In this document: in pieces, positions 17,811 to 30,800 of the stretch
Layout: every line of letters starts with the position of its first letter
Position numbering within the stretch: the stretch's first letter is position 1
Assembly: GCA_051294375.1 (NCBI GenBank)
Contig: JBJCIZ010000028.1
Coordinates: 1,032,100 to 1,096,099, forward strand
Reading direction: 5' to 3'
DNA length: 64,000 nucleotides
DNA from: Paraspadella gotoi
Lineage: Eukaryota; Animalia; Chaetognatha
Position numbers and translations under genes: made by a program
The notes under the pieces: generated by a model
Told to the model about the DNA's origin: nothing
Database searches by the model: none
What the model saw: only the letters and a program-made list of their open reading frames with translations

Positions 17811-18721
17811 AGATGAAGAATTAGAAGTTGAAAAAAAACAGATTAGAAATTAGATGAAAAGATGCCTAGAATAAAGACAACAAGATTAGAATATGATAAG
17901 AAGATGAAGACAAAAATGAGAAGAAATAAAAACCTATTGTCTGGTTACAAAGAGTTGGGAAAATGCTTTTTTTGGGACACACTGCCAAGTAGTTTCGGAC
18001 TTAGAGCTTCGTGTTGGTGAATTTGTTTTTGTTTCTATTTTCATTGATCCGCGAATTTTATTGTTATTGCAGTAGAATTTGTTGTCTCAAATTATTTTGC
18101 ACGTTTGGGCTAAAAGGGTTTTTTTTGTTCTCATTAGAACAAACTTTGCCCGGCTGTTTTTTATAGTAGATATTCTTTAAATGTTTTTTTTTTCAACATT
18201 TACACACTTTACAGTTCGTAGTCATTTACAAATATACATTGATACATTATCGGGCATTTTCAATGTACCTTTTTTTAAATATTTTGTGATCATGTTACAC
18301 CTGCACTTATGCTGCCTCATATTTACTCTTCAACCCACGCGCTCCATTTCTTTAAAGGTCGAATTTTTGTTTATCAGTTTCCTCGGCCGACGGAAAGTGA
18401 ATAGAAATTAATTATAATGAACTATAATTGACAACGAATGAAAAATGGAAAGAATCGCAATGTAATTAGAATCAAAAATGATATTAAAACCATGTTAATC
18501 TGGATGAAACAAAACTCAGGAAAATGTCGCTAAGCCAAAATAATTAGTTCAATTAAACCAATTGAAATTACGCTACATCCGGGTAAACTTTACGTAGGCT
18601 TTATCGAATAAATAGCCAACAAAATGACGCCGTTTTCGACGCCCGACGCCGCGAGACGAATAATGACGCCGCTTCGATGAAGGATAGAAGAAACGAAAAA
18701 AAAAAAATATAAGAAAAAACG

Positions 18722-18831
18722 ATGTTTTCTCTTTTTGGAACTTTGGGGGCGTGGCTGCTCATTTTGCTGTCGACTCTTTACCAGCGCCAGTTCATTCCGC
18801 GGCCGAGATCGGATCGTTTCGACTTTGAGAA

Positions 18832-18890
<59 letters not shown>

Positions 18891-21800
18891 CAACTCGATT
18901 TTCCTCGACTCTTCTCCCAACACAGAACCTGTTTCGCCGTCGACGCGGGATACAGCAGCGTCTACTGTTTGTGCAACGCCACCTTTTGCGATGCAGTTCC
19001 GTCCGTCGATTGGGAGAGCATCGGGTGAGGGCCATCGTTTGAAACCCGAATCGCGTTAAAAAAAATTTGATTTATTTTTGTTTTTTTCAATTTATTATTT
19101 TTTTATTTCATGTTCTTTTAAGAAAATTGCAAAAATGACTTATTACACGGTTTTGTATGTTTAGATTTTCCAAACAACGATTTTTGGTTAACATGTTTAA
19201 AAAAAATTTTTTGTAAATTTGTCATCATGTTATTGTTTATTTATTTACATGTATTTTGTATTCATTATGTTTTCATTATAACTATTTATTAATTCTAATT
19301 ATTTTCTTTTAGCCGCAACACTGTCGTGTCTTTCACCTCTTCACGCGATGGCCTCAGATTCCAAAGACGAATTCTGCCTTTCGTCGAAAACAACGACAAC
19401 AACGACGACCAGAAAGACGCCGACCTTCGCATCCGGGTCAACGCCTCCCAAAAATTCCAGGTGGAATCCAAGAAAAAGTGGCGGTTTGTTGCCCCCCCCA
19501 AAAAAAAAAAAAGCCTACATCATGTTTTAAATTATATTATATTTTTAAATTATATGTATTTCTTGTAAGACGTAATTTTTGAATCCCCCTGGCATCCTCG
19601 CGCTTCGGCGGCGCCTTCACCGACGCGCGCGAGGATCAACATCCGCAGCCTCGGCAACGTCACGCGGGAAAAAGCTGCTGCGGTCTTACTTTGGGAAAGG
19701 TAGGGAAGAGGGGGGAGAATGGAGGAAGAGGAAAAAGTAGGGAATGGAAAATGGTAGAAAGGAGGGAGGGAAAAAAAAGGTAAAGAACGATGAAAGATAA
19801 GTTCGGATGAGCAGTTGATAGTTGAGAGAAAGAAGAGAAGGATAGAGGAGGAAGTAAATTTATGGGGGGGGGAAAGAAAGCAAAAAAAAAACAACAAAAC
19901 AATGGAACCGTTTCCAGATTGATCTTCTTAACGTATTGTTCGTATTGTGGCGGTATATTCACACCGCCTCACGTCCACCATCGTTCAGCCAAATCCATTG
20001 GCTCAGAGGGGGAACACACCATCCAGGCGTAGTGTTCCATCCACAGTCCTAACGACTTTCCCTCTGCGTTGGCAAAAGCGAGACCGTCCTAGGGTAACCG
20101 CGCCAGTGACTGGATGCGTCCACTGAGGGTCGGAAGCCCTAAAGCCAACAGTGAGATGCCCCATCCCAATGGGCATCACAGGCAACCCGGCTGTTGCCAT
20201 AGTATACAAATTTAAAAAAAAAATCATTTGTCATCTTTTATCCTTCCGTCCAGACGGCCTCTCCTACACCCCTCGGACGAGTCCCCATGGCATCCAGCGA
20301 CTTCTCCACTCGATGTTATTCTTACGCGGAGAAAGAGAAACGACTTCGATCCTCCACTCTTTTTCTCTCCTCGAGGAAGATCGAGAGTAAATTACATTTT
20401 CTTTTCTTTGGAGGGGGTGGGGGTGGGGCTGTGTCGGGGGCTGTGTTCGGTTTGGTCAAAGATGATTTCCACCCCCCCCCGCGTGACCCGCGTTCCATTT
20501 TTATCGACAGTGTTTTGATTTTTTTTTCTTTCTTAATTTCGATTGACAATTTTTTAGGTAATTTAAGTATTTATTAATTGAGTCCTTTAGTAGAAATCAA
20601 AACTTTAGTCTTGAAGTCTACTTTTTGGTAAAAAAAGAATTTTTACAAAAAGTTTGATTTTTATGCTTTTATTATTGCTTTTAAAATTACAATATTACTA
20701 TATAATGATAAAACAAATTCTGATATCGGTCCGCCTCGCCACGAAATGCCCTTGTTTCGCGCTAGTCGATAGATCGCGCGTTTATCAGAGTAAGAAAAAA
20801 CCGAAACAAAATAACATCGATAGATGAAAAAAAGAAAATTCCAGGGGGAAGCCGTCACGTGACCGCCTCGACCAATGGGAGCCCGGCAATCCAAGCCGGC
20901 TCCCTCCCTCATCCGGGAATAACGAAACGCCTCAATTCTTTTTTCGCGCTCATCTAGTTCGGTTGTTTCCTTACTTGATTTCTGCGTTTTTCTTTGGATC
21001 TTTTCACGATTTTCTCATATTTTCTACGTCGAAAACCCGCTCATTGGAAGTCATCAAAGTAGAGACGAACGTTCGGACAGGAGTCTAACAGCCGAAAACG
21101 TTTCGGACAGGTCTCTCAAACGTAGAGAGGACTGGAGATCCCTGGGGGCTCGAGAGGTTCAAAAGAGACCGAGCGGTCTCGCCCCCGCCAGCCTGCCCAC
21201 GACACCGGCCTTCTCCCCCTTTTACCGTGGTTTTCGGCAGCCCGATTCCGTCGGTTTAGGGACCGGCCGTACCAACCGACACTTTCCGTTGCACCGGCCG
21301 AGCGGTGGGGCTTCGTCCGAGGCGCCCTCTCTCGCTGCTCTCGGACCAATGGCGGCCGGTCTGGTCATCCCCCACTGCTCGGATACGTGACCAGAGGATG
21401 GAGTCTGTCCTTACGACGATGGCTTTCGTCACTGAACAGCTTTAGGAAGGTTTTCGACGAATTTCGCCGCCGAGTCTTCAGCGGCGATTCGACGCTTTGG
21501 GCGGTGAGTTTTTTTCCCGCCAGAGGGGTAGTGGGGTTTTAGCTCGTTTTTCAAACCGCCTCGCTCCCTCTTTTTTGTTTCTCCCTTTATTTCTTTCTTT
21601 CTTTTTTTCGAATTATTCGAATTTTGAATTTTTAGATTTTTTATTTCGTCGGATTCGATCGAAATATTTTTGTTGAAATAAAACCCGCTTTTCCCTTGCA
21701 GCTCTTGGCATTGGGGATTTCGTGGCGAGGCGGATCGATATAGAATTTTTAATTCCTTTATGGAATATAATTCTATATCGGTCCGCCTCGCCACGATCCC

Positions 21801-24800
21801 ACGCGCCCCCTTGTTTGTTCCTACCATTGTTTTTTTTCGTTAGCTTGGGCGTGGCTCTAGGAAAAGGGGGTTGGGAGAAGGAGGGGGGGGGGGTCGGGAG
21901 TTTTTTCCGGTTTAATTCTCGCGCTAATTTGTTTACGCTTACATTTTTTTTACATGTGACGTTCTGTAATCGGTCCGGTTTTTACTCTCCACTTACGCTT
22001 CGCCTCGTTTGACGACTCGATCCCTTCCATGCTGTTTCGACTCCAGTTAGGCGGCTCCCCCCTCAGTTCGGGCGCCCGCCTTACGCGACCCGTCACCACG
22101 TCTCAGCCTCTACCCAGCGTCACGATCCCACACAGTGCCGGAATCCCGGTACGCAGTACTCCTCCATTTCGGCGGAGGAGGGAGAAGTTTGTCTTCGGAT
22201 GCCGTACGTCGCGGTTTCGACGGCTCCCTGCCCTCACAGCAGGCGACGCCGGTTTCCAGGTTCGTTTGGTGGCTTTTTTTCTTGCAGCGCTTCGGGGAAG
22301 TCGGTGCTTCCTCACGGCCGACTGGAACTCGCTGGGCACGCCCAGGGATCGCTGTATACGCCACCTTGGATCGACGTCGCTTCTCCTCGGAGTTCTACCG
22401 CTCCCGAACGCCGGACACGCTGCCTCATCCGCTCTATTTCGAGTCGGCGTTTTTCCAACAAGAAATACGCGGCTTCTCTCCGCTTCCCCTTTTCGCGTGC
22501 GATGCAGCGATAGAAACGGCGCTACGCGCATGCCATCCTTTAACAGCTGTCGATGGCTGCACGGAATCAAAGGAGGCTCTCCGTTCCGGCTCTCCAGAAA
22601 TGGAGGTCAGCGCTGATGCGTTGACGCCCTTGGGCGCCACCGCTTCGCCGACGCGGCCTATTTTCAAGCGGCGTCCCTCAAACCTTTCGGTCGGCGAGTT
22701 CCGCCCGCCAGTTTCCCGCTGTGGGCGCCGCAAGGATCTCTCGCGCCACGCTTCTCGCTCGCGCCCACCGCATCTTCCTTTTTGGTTATCCAGGAGCGCA
22801 GGTGGAGTCGGCGCTCAACTTGACGCCTTCTACGAAACAGTCGCTCCGCGCAAACCGCTGCCGACAAGCGCCCTCGGTTTCCCGCTCGAACAGTCTTTCC
22901 TTCAAGCGCAGTGGACAAAGAAGTCTGTTCCCCGCAAACGTCGGCGAGTCTGGGAAAGGGCCGGGACTCGCGTCCGCGCGAATGACTCGAAAACGCCTTC
23001 CCTCCGCGTCGCCGCCAGTCGTCCGGACCGCCCAGGTTTTAGGCCTGGATCGCCCATGGACGTCGAGTCTCGACACCGGACTTCTTCACGCCGGCGCTTC
23101 CTTCCGGAAGCCCCCGTCGGAGGTCTCTTCGTCTCTTTCAAGAGGACGAAGCTCCGGTTGGCAGACGTCACCCATTATCGAAACTTCTCGGGGATGCCAT
23201 CTCGAGGGGCGAAGCAGTTCCAGCACGCTTCCTTTCCTCTCGGACGATGACACACATCTTTGGGGACCGAGACGCCTTGGTTCCGACGCGGAGATTGCGG
23301 CGGTTTGGAGAAAGAACGCCTTCGAGGTAGTCCCGGTTTTCTCCGGCTTTCTTTTCCAAGCTTTCCTCGTTACGATAGTAAGATGGACAGGCTTGGCGCC
23401 GATTTTGAACTTTAAAAAGGCCAATTTCTCGTTCCCTTCGCCGCCTTATTTCCGGAATGGAAGGAGCCCCGGACGTTCGCAAGGATGTCTTCGACGAGGG
23501 TTTGGGGTGCCTCGATAGCACCTTCGAGATGCTTATCTCCATCTTCCGATCCACGAGGATCGTCGGATTTTTTGCCGCTTCATTGGAAGGGCCGCATCTC
23601 GAAGTCCTTCCATTCGGACCTCTCGACAGGCCCTTGGCTTTTCACCAAGTTGACGAGACCCTTCGTGCAAGTGGCTCGCCAACAGGGGATTCGATTGCTC
23701 TTTATTTAGTCCGACATCTTTGATCCTGGGATCTTCGGCGGACGATTGTCGACGAGCCACTCGTGTTAGGCGGTGTTGTGCTATCTCAAAGGAGGCGTTG
23801 GGTTCCATTCATCCACCTTCAGAGGTCGAGCCTGCCTCCATCTCAGAGATTCGATCTCCTCGTTTCGCTTGCGGAGACACCTCTTCCCATTCCCATCTGC
23901 GCTCCCGGAGATGAAGATTTTCGACTCTTCGCTCTCTTCGCGGATGAAATCTCGTCATACGTCGTCACCACTGTGCCCGTCAAGCCTTCAGCTTCTAGCC
24001 TTTCGACGGCGGCGTCTTGGCAGTTCGCTGCTGCGTTGCCGGTCTCTCGAGGATTCAACGAGACGTCAATCGCCGTCCTACAGTCGGAGAAGGATTCTCG
24101 ACCGCGTCGTTTCCTCTTGCCGCGCGATGGAAGGAGCTGCGGTGGATCGCAGCCCTTTCTTCTCCAGACCAGTGCTTCAGCCTCCGATCCGAGACCTCCT
24201 CCCGGAGGGTTCGCAACGCCTGGACGGTGACAGACGGATGCTTCGTCGCCAGGGATAGAGTTTCTCCTTCAGGCCAGCTGTTCGAAGGGAAAACCTGGTC
24301 GACTGCGGATGTTCCCTCTCCTTTTCAATGCTGACGGAGTTCACAATTTCGAGGATCTCCTCCAACGATTCGGAGGCTTCCGTCCTCGGCGTGTCCTCCT
24401 TGGAAGACGGACAGCCTCGTCTCTCTCACCTGCCTTCGTCAGGGGTCGCACAGGCTTCAAGGAGTCCATCTCTCTTCGGAGGAGATTCTCATCACTCGGC
24501 CCGCGGCGGTCGGGACCCGCAAGGTGGCGGAACTCTGGGGAACCCCTTCCGAGGGTTGCCCATCAGAAATGGTCGACATATTCGGTCCCCCCAGCATCGA
24601 TCTTGTTCGCGACTCCCCCGGTCCGGCTCAGGCTTCCAACGTTTTTTTCGCCTGAAGGCGGCGACGCTGGAGGCCGGACCGGGGATAGACCGCCTTGGCG
24701 CAAGCAGGTCTTCGACCTGGCCATATCCCATTCTTCCCCCTCTTCTGTGATGATGGTGCGTCCGCAAGTTGGAGAAGGCAGAGGCGCCCTTTCTCGCGTG

Positions 24801-27800
24801 ATCACCCCCTTTGGCCGGCTCAGATGTGGTTTCAGACCCCCCCCTTTTTTTCCTTCGGATCTGGACGCGAGTGCGCTTCCGGCGCCGAAGTACCTCGGTC
24901 GTCGACTTCGCTGTCCGGACTCCGCCTCACGCACAGAGGATCGCTTCAGGCTCGTCACTCTGGAGGTTTTTTAGGCGGTGCCACAACTCTCCGACAGTCG
25001 ACGACTCCTTCTCCGGTCACCGTCGACGGCTGGAATGGAGGCTCTACACAGAGGAGCACTACGCCAGAGCTTGGAATGCTCCTTCTGCGAACTTCCCTTC
25101 AGGATGGAGAGGTCGAGGATCTCAAGCCTCTCGGAGGATGTCTACGATCTCTCCTTTTCTATGTGCGAGAAGGCCTCGTCGTAGACAACCACGACTCAAC
25201 CAACACAGATCGGCCCATCTCAGTTCTCTTTCCCCCCTGCACCGATGACGGCGACCGATTGGAGAGCTTCTTTGGACTCCGGCGCCTTCTCAAAGGGACG
25301 TTTTCGAGAGGACGCCCCTCCCTCACGTCGGACTTTCCCCACGTGAATGCGGCCATCCGGTTTACGCCATTTCTCGACCGGCGCCACTCTCCGGTCGCGC
25401 CGGAGGATCTTCTACGACGCTCGCCCTTCTCGTCGCTTTAGGTCAGCTCGTCGCCCTTCCAGCAGATCGTCTCTCTTCGTCGCGACGCGGGCTAATCCTT
25501 TCCTTAGCGGCAAGATCAGTATTCGTCTGGTTCCATCAGACGCTCTCGAAGACGGACAGGGTCGGACCACAATGGGGTCCGCGTTCCGGCTCGATCGGCT
25601 GCCGCTCTCAGATCGATGCCGGTTTAGGCGCTGCGCCAATTGGCTTCTTCTTCCGTCGCGGATTGGCGCCCGCCGCACGATTTTCTTTTTGCGCCCGCGC
25701 CGCTTTTCGCCATCTCTCGACGCAGCGTTTTCGCCTCCCTCTCCAAGGAGCTCTCTTGGAGGCGGAACGTTTCCGCGTCCTCCAGGGGTCCGAGCGCGCT
25801 ATGGCGGTCTGGACGTCTTTGCCCGCGCGGAGTGGATCTTGGCGTCATCCTTCGCGCGGGAGATTGGTCTGGCCGCGCAGACCTTCTTCCTTTCTACTGC
25901 AGCGGACGTCGCGTGGGGCGCCCCTCCGGTTCTTCTAGGACTTTGAGAGCGATTCGATTCTCCGCGGCATGAGGGAGAGGCCGGCTTGGGATTGCCGGCT
26001 CCCATGGTCACGGCCGGTCACGTTGACGGCTTCCCACTGGATTTTTTTATTTCATCTATCGATGTTATTTGTTCGTTTTCTTACTCTGATAAACGCGCGA
26101 TCTATCAGACTAGCCGCGAACAAAAGGGCATTTTCGTGGCGAGGCGCGACCCGATATAGAATTAGGATCCATAAAAGGACATTAAAAATTTTTTAAATCC
26201 AATTTAACTTTTTTGATGGTTCTGATTGACGCATTAAAAAGTAATTGAAAAAACTATAAACTACTAACTTTCAAAAATTTTTTATGGTTTTCTTGCGTCA
26301 AAATTTAAGAAAAAGTAATAAAAATTATCGAAACAATGATGATGATGAATGATGATTATACAAATAGTTTTTTCAATTTTTCACCACTTTATGATTCAAA
26401 CCTGAATCTGATCTTAAAAAAAAAAAATCTAAAAATTTTTTAGCCTTCCCTATTATAAATATAAAACTATTAAAAAAATTAATATATGGAGTAATATTAA
26501 AATTTTTTGTCTATTCAATTTTTAAAAAAAAATTCTAAATTTTCGTTTGAGCACCTGGGTGCTTAATTCAAATTTCTTAACCACCTTACTGAATTAGGCT
26601 CCCCCTACCTTTAGTAAACACAGGACGGGACAAATTACCTCTTGTTATTTGCAAGTTTCAGAACAGACCGCCACTACAGGTGGGTTAGACGTCCCGTCCC
26701 GCTTACGAGCATTGACACTAATGGGGCCCCGAGACCGCTTGGTGGGAAGAGAAGAATTCTCGCTCTTAGCGGGTGGCGAAAGTGAATGTGGGGGGGGGGG
26801 TTTGATGATTAACTTTACCGATGAACCCTTTTTTTTTCTCTCAGACTAAAGATTCCATTCATTATTCGAGCACAAAATCTGAGCGAGAGAGAAATCAAAC
26901 TCATCGCCAGCCCTTGGTCGCCGCCCGATTGGATGAAGTCCAACGGCCATTGCTCCGGTGAGGAGAAAGCCTTCGTTCTTTATTCTCTTTTGGTTCATTC
27001 ATATAATATTTTTTTAGTTTATTTATTTATTCAATTGTTCCTTCTTTTATTTATTCATTCGATGATACATTAAATATTTTCATTAATTCATTCAAATTTT
27101 TATAATTTTTTTTTTCATTTATAAATCCACTCATTACTTTCCGCATTCATTATTTCTAATCTTCATTCATTCATTTCCCCCCCCCCCAAGGCTACGGGCG
27201 CATCAAGGGCGACCCCGACAGCCTCGGCGACGAGGGTCGCTACTACAAGAGTTGGGCCAAGTACTTCGTCCGCTTCCTCGAAGAGTACGATCGAAGGAAC
27301 GTCTCCTTCTGGGGAATCACGGCGCAGAACGAACCCACCGACGGATACATTCCATTCTTTAGGTTGGTTGAAGACGACGACGACGACGACACGCGGGTCG
27401 CCGATGACACGATTAACAACGCAACTGTTTTTAGTTCACAACTTCTCACAGATATGAGCATGACAGAATATATTTTTTTTGCCTCTGTGATTGATTGAAT
27501 GTCTGACCTTTTTAACTTCCACAATCATTTCACCATTATAGTACGTATACTACTGGAGCTTCTAATTTAAAGACTCTTTTTTGGAGGACGGCGAGGACGG
27601 CCTACATGGTGACAATTTTACAAGCGCCGGTAAAAAAGCGCTGTCATTTGCAAACCAGTGGTTATTTCACTGATTTTAAAATTTAGTTGAGTAGAAAATA
27701 TTAAAGTCATTTATGTGTTCAAATTTTATATTGATCAGTTAAGATATGCCTTGGCAATGAGTGGAGAAAGTTGGCTTGTCAAATCGGGTTTCATTTTCCA

Positions 27801-30800
27801 ACTCACTGTTTTTAGATTCAATTTTCAACCAGGGCTGGGCAGCTTAATTTTTATGTTAGAGCTTTTGTAAGTATATCATTCTCTTCATTTTATTAAGGGC
27901 TTTCTGAGGATATTAATATTGTAAATATCTTAATAAATACTTTATTTAAAAAAGTGCTAAAAGTCGAAAAAAGAATTGAATTTAAAAACAGTGAGTTGGA
28001 AAATGAAACCAGATTTTACAAGCCAACTTTCTCCACTCATTGTCAAGGTATATCTTAACTGATCAATATAAAATTTGAACACATAAATGACTTTAATATT
28101 TTCTACTCAACTAATTTTTAAAATCAATGAAATAACCGGCGCTTGTAAAATTGTATTGCCGCCGTTTGAACCGGCGTTCCTGTCCCAGTCTGGTTGTTTA
28201 ATTTTCTCTTTATCTGCTCTCTACTCTCTTGCTCAAATGCCGCACTTCGGAACAAGTCGATCATCGAATCGTTATCCGATATTGCGTTTTCATATTATAC
28301 AATATTCTATAATCAATATAAATTTGGTATAAAAATTCGTCTCATCTTCGAGGTTGTTTTACTTAGCTAATCCCAAATTGTTACCCTCCCACCTATCCTC
28401 TCCAAACGGCCACATCTCTCCCCCTTTCCCCCCTTCCCCCTCTTTTCCCCCTTTCCCCCCCCCTCTCCCCCTTTTTCCCCCTTTCCCCTTTTCCCCCTCT
28501 CCCCTTTCCCCCTTTCTCCCCCTTTCCCCCCTCTACCCCTTTCCCCCCTCTCCCCCCTTTCCCCCTTTCCCCTTCCCCCCCTCTTTCCCCCCTTCGTCCC
28601 CCGCAGCTCCGGCCCCGGCCTCGCCAGCCTTTCCCCCCTCCACGCCTTTCCCCATCTCCACCCCTTTCCCTCCCCCTGCATATCCCCTCCCCCCTTTCTC
28701 CCCTCTAGTCCCCTCTGCCCCCCCTCTCCACCTCTTCCTCTCCCCCTCTCCCCTCTCTCGCACCCCCCTCCTTCCGCCCCCTCTGCACTCCCTCCCTCCT
28801 CCCCTTTCACGCCCCCCCCCCTACTCGCCCCTCTCACTCCCTTATCGTCACCCTCCTCGCCCTTCCCCCTTCCACCCCTCTGCATCCCGCTTCTCCCCCC
28901 TACTCCGCTCTCTCCCCTGTATCCCTCCGCCTGCTCCCCCCTTTCTCGCCTCCCCCCTTTCCTCTTTCGCCCTTCTTCCCCCATTTCCTCCCCTACTAGC
29001 CCCCTGGGTTTCACCGCTGTCCCCCTTCCCCCCTCTCTCCCCCTTTTCCCCTCTCCCCTCTCCCCCTCTTCCCCCTTCCCCTCCCCCTTTTCCCCCCCAC
29101 TCCCCTCCCCCCCACAAACAGCTTCAACTGCCTCGGCTTCACCGCCACCGAACACGCGACTTCATCAAGCGCATCTCGGGCGACCTCGCAGCCTCCGCCT
29201 TCCGTCCTCGTCTCATGATCCTGGACGACAACCGGTTCGTCGGCCGAATCCTGGGTCGACGTCGTCTTGGGGGACGAGGAGGCGGCGCGGTTCGTCCACG
29301 GAACAGCGATCACTTGTAGCTGGGTGGGGGGGGTAGGTCGGTGAGGGTAGCGGGGTGGTGGGGGGGGTAGGTCGGTGGTGAGGGGGGTAGGGTTTAGGGT
29401 GGAGTGGGAGAACTTAACTCGTTTTTCGTCTTTCCTTCTATGAAATTGGTTTAATCAATATATTTTATATTATATTTTTCTTTAAATTACTTTTTAATCC
29501 TTTTTTTTTATTCCTTTTCACTACAGCCGCACCTTCATTTTTGATGATTCCTTTTTTCTCCTTTCTTTTCTATCCATTTTTTTTTATTCGCCTTTCTCTT
29601 CTTTTCCTTCCTTTTTCTATTTTTTCCCAAAGCCTCCTTTTTACCTCACTCTCCTAAATCATCTCCAATGCCTCTCATCCAATGTTAAAATCAACCAATG
29701 AGCCTCTAACGATCCCACTTTTCTTTCCTCCAGGTATTGGAACATCCTGTCCTCGGCCTCCGTCACGACTCGCATCCACGATCGCTTCCCGTCCAAGTTC
29801 ATCCTGGCGACGGAAGCCTGCGACGGTTGGACGCCGCTTGAGCACGACGTCTGGCTGGGGGATTGGTCCAGGGCGCAGGACTACGCCGTCTCTATAATCG
29901 AGGATCTCAACAATTGGGTTCGTCTAAAAGGGGGGGGTTGTTGTTCATTGTGACTGTTATTGATTGTGAATTGTTGTTTTTTTTTTCTCTCTTTTGTCGT
30001 CGATCACATTTTGTGACAAATATTAATCAAGTCAAGTGAAGAAAAGCATCATAGAAGCATTTTATATAGCTTTAAATTTGATTTGCATATCGCAACAATT
30101 TGGTTAGAAAATTTAATCTTTTAAAAGAGACTTTGTTATTCGACCGGTTGCTCATTCTTTCCCCTTTCCCCCGGAATATCTTCCCTCCCCCCTTCCCAAT
30201 CTCTACCCCAATCAGGTGACGGGTTGGACGGATTGGAACCTCGCTCTCGACCTTAACGGGGGACCCAACTGGGCGGAGAACTTTGTCGACGCCGCGATTA
30301 TCGTCAACGCGGAGAAAGTAAGGAGAGAGAGAGAGAGAGATGAATGGGGGTATTGGGGACTCAACGAGGTGGATAACTTCAAAGGAGAAGGTTGGGGGGA
30401 GATAGAGAGAGGGAAGGGAACAGGGTTGTTAAAAAGTCCGGCCCAGTGGGTTATTTTTTTTTTAATATTATTTTTTAAAAAATTGTGTTACAAGTTTTGA
30501 TAGTGTTTTTATAGCTTTTACTTATTTTCACAGTTTAGTTGTCAATGTTAGCGAGTCAGATTTGTAATACACCTATTACACATCAGGGAAAAAGTTTGTG
30601 ATAATTTGAAATAGTTTGTGATCAGACCAGATCATAAAACAATCAGATTCATAATTTACGACAACAATGCCTTTTGGAAGTGGCAGAAAGAAAGGTTCAG
30701 AGTTGGCAAATGTAATCACTAAAAGTTAACTGTGGTCTTTTTGATGAAACGAGCAGTAATAAAATTGTAAGAATTCGAATGCATTTGCAGAAGTGCAAAG

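Noticed and set aside
22029-26196. Many overlapping long ORFs on both strands
   Set aside because: By-products of the GC-rich, frameshifted DIRS element; only the plus-strand fragments carry recognisable motifs.
28354-29319. 321-aa Pro-rich and 262-aa Gly-rich ORFs
   Set aside because: Low-complexity intronic C/T tract abutting a GBA exon.
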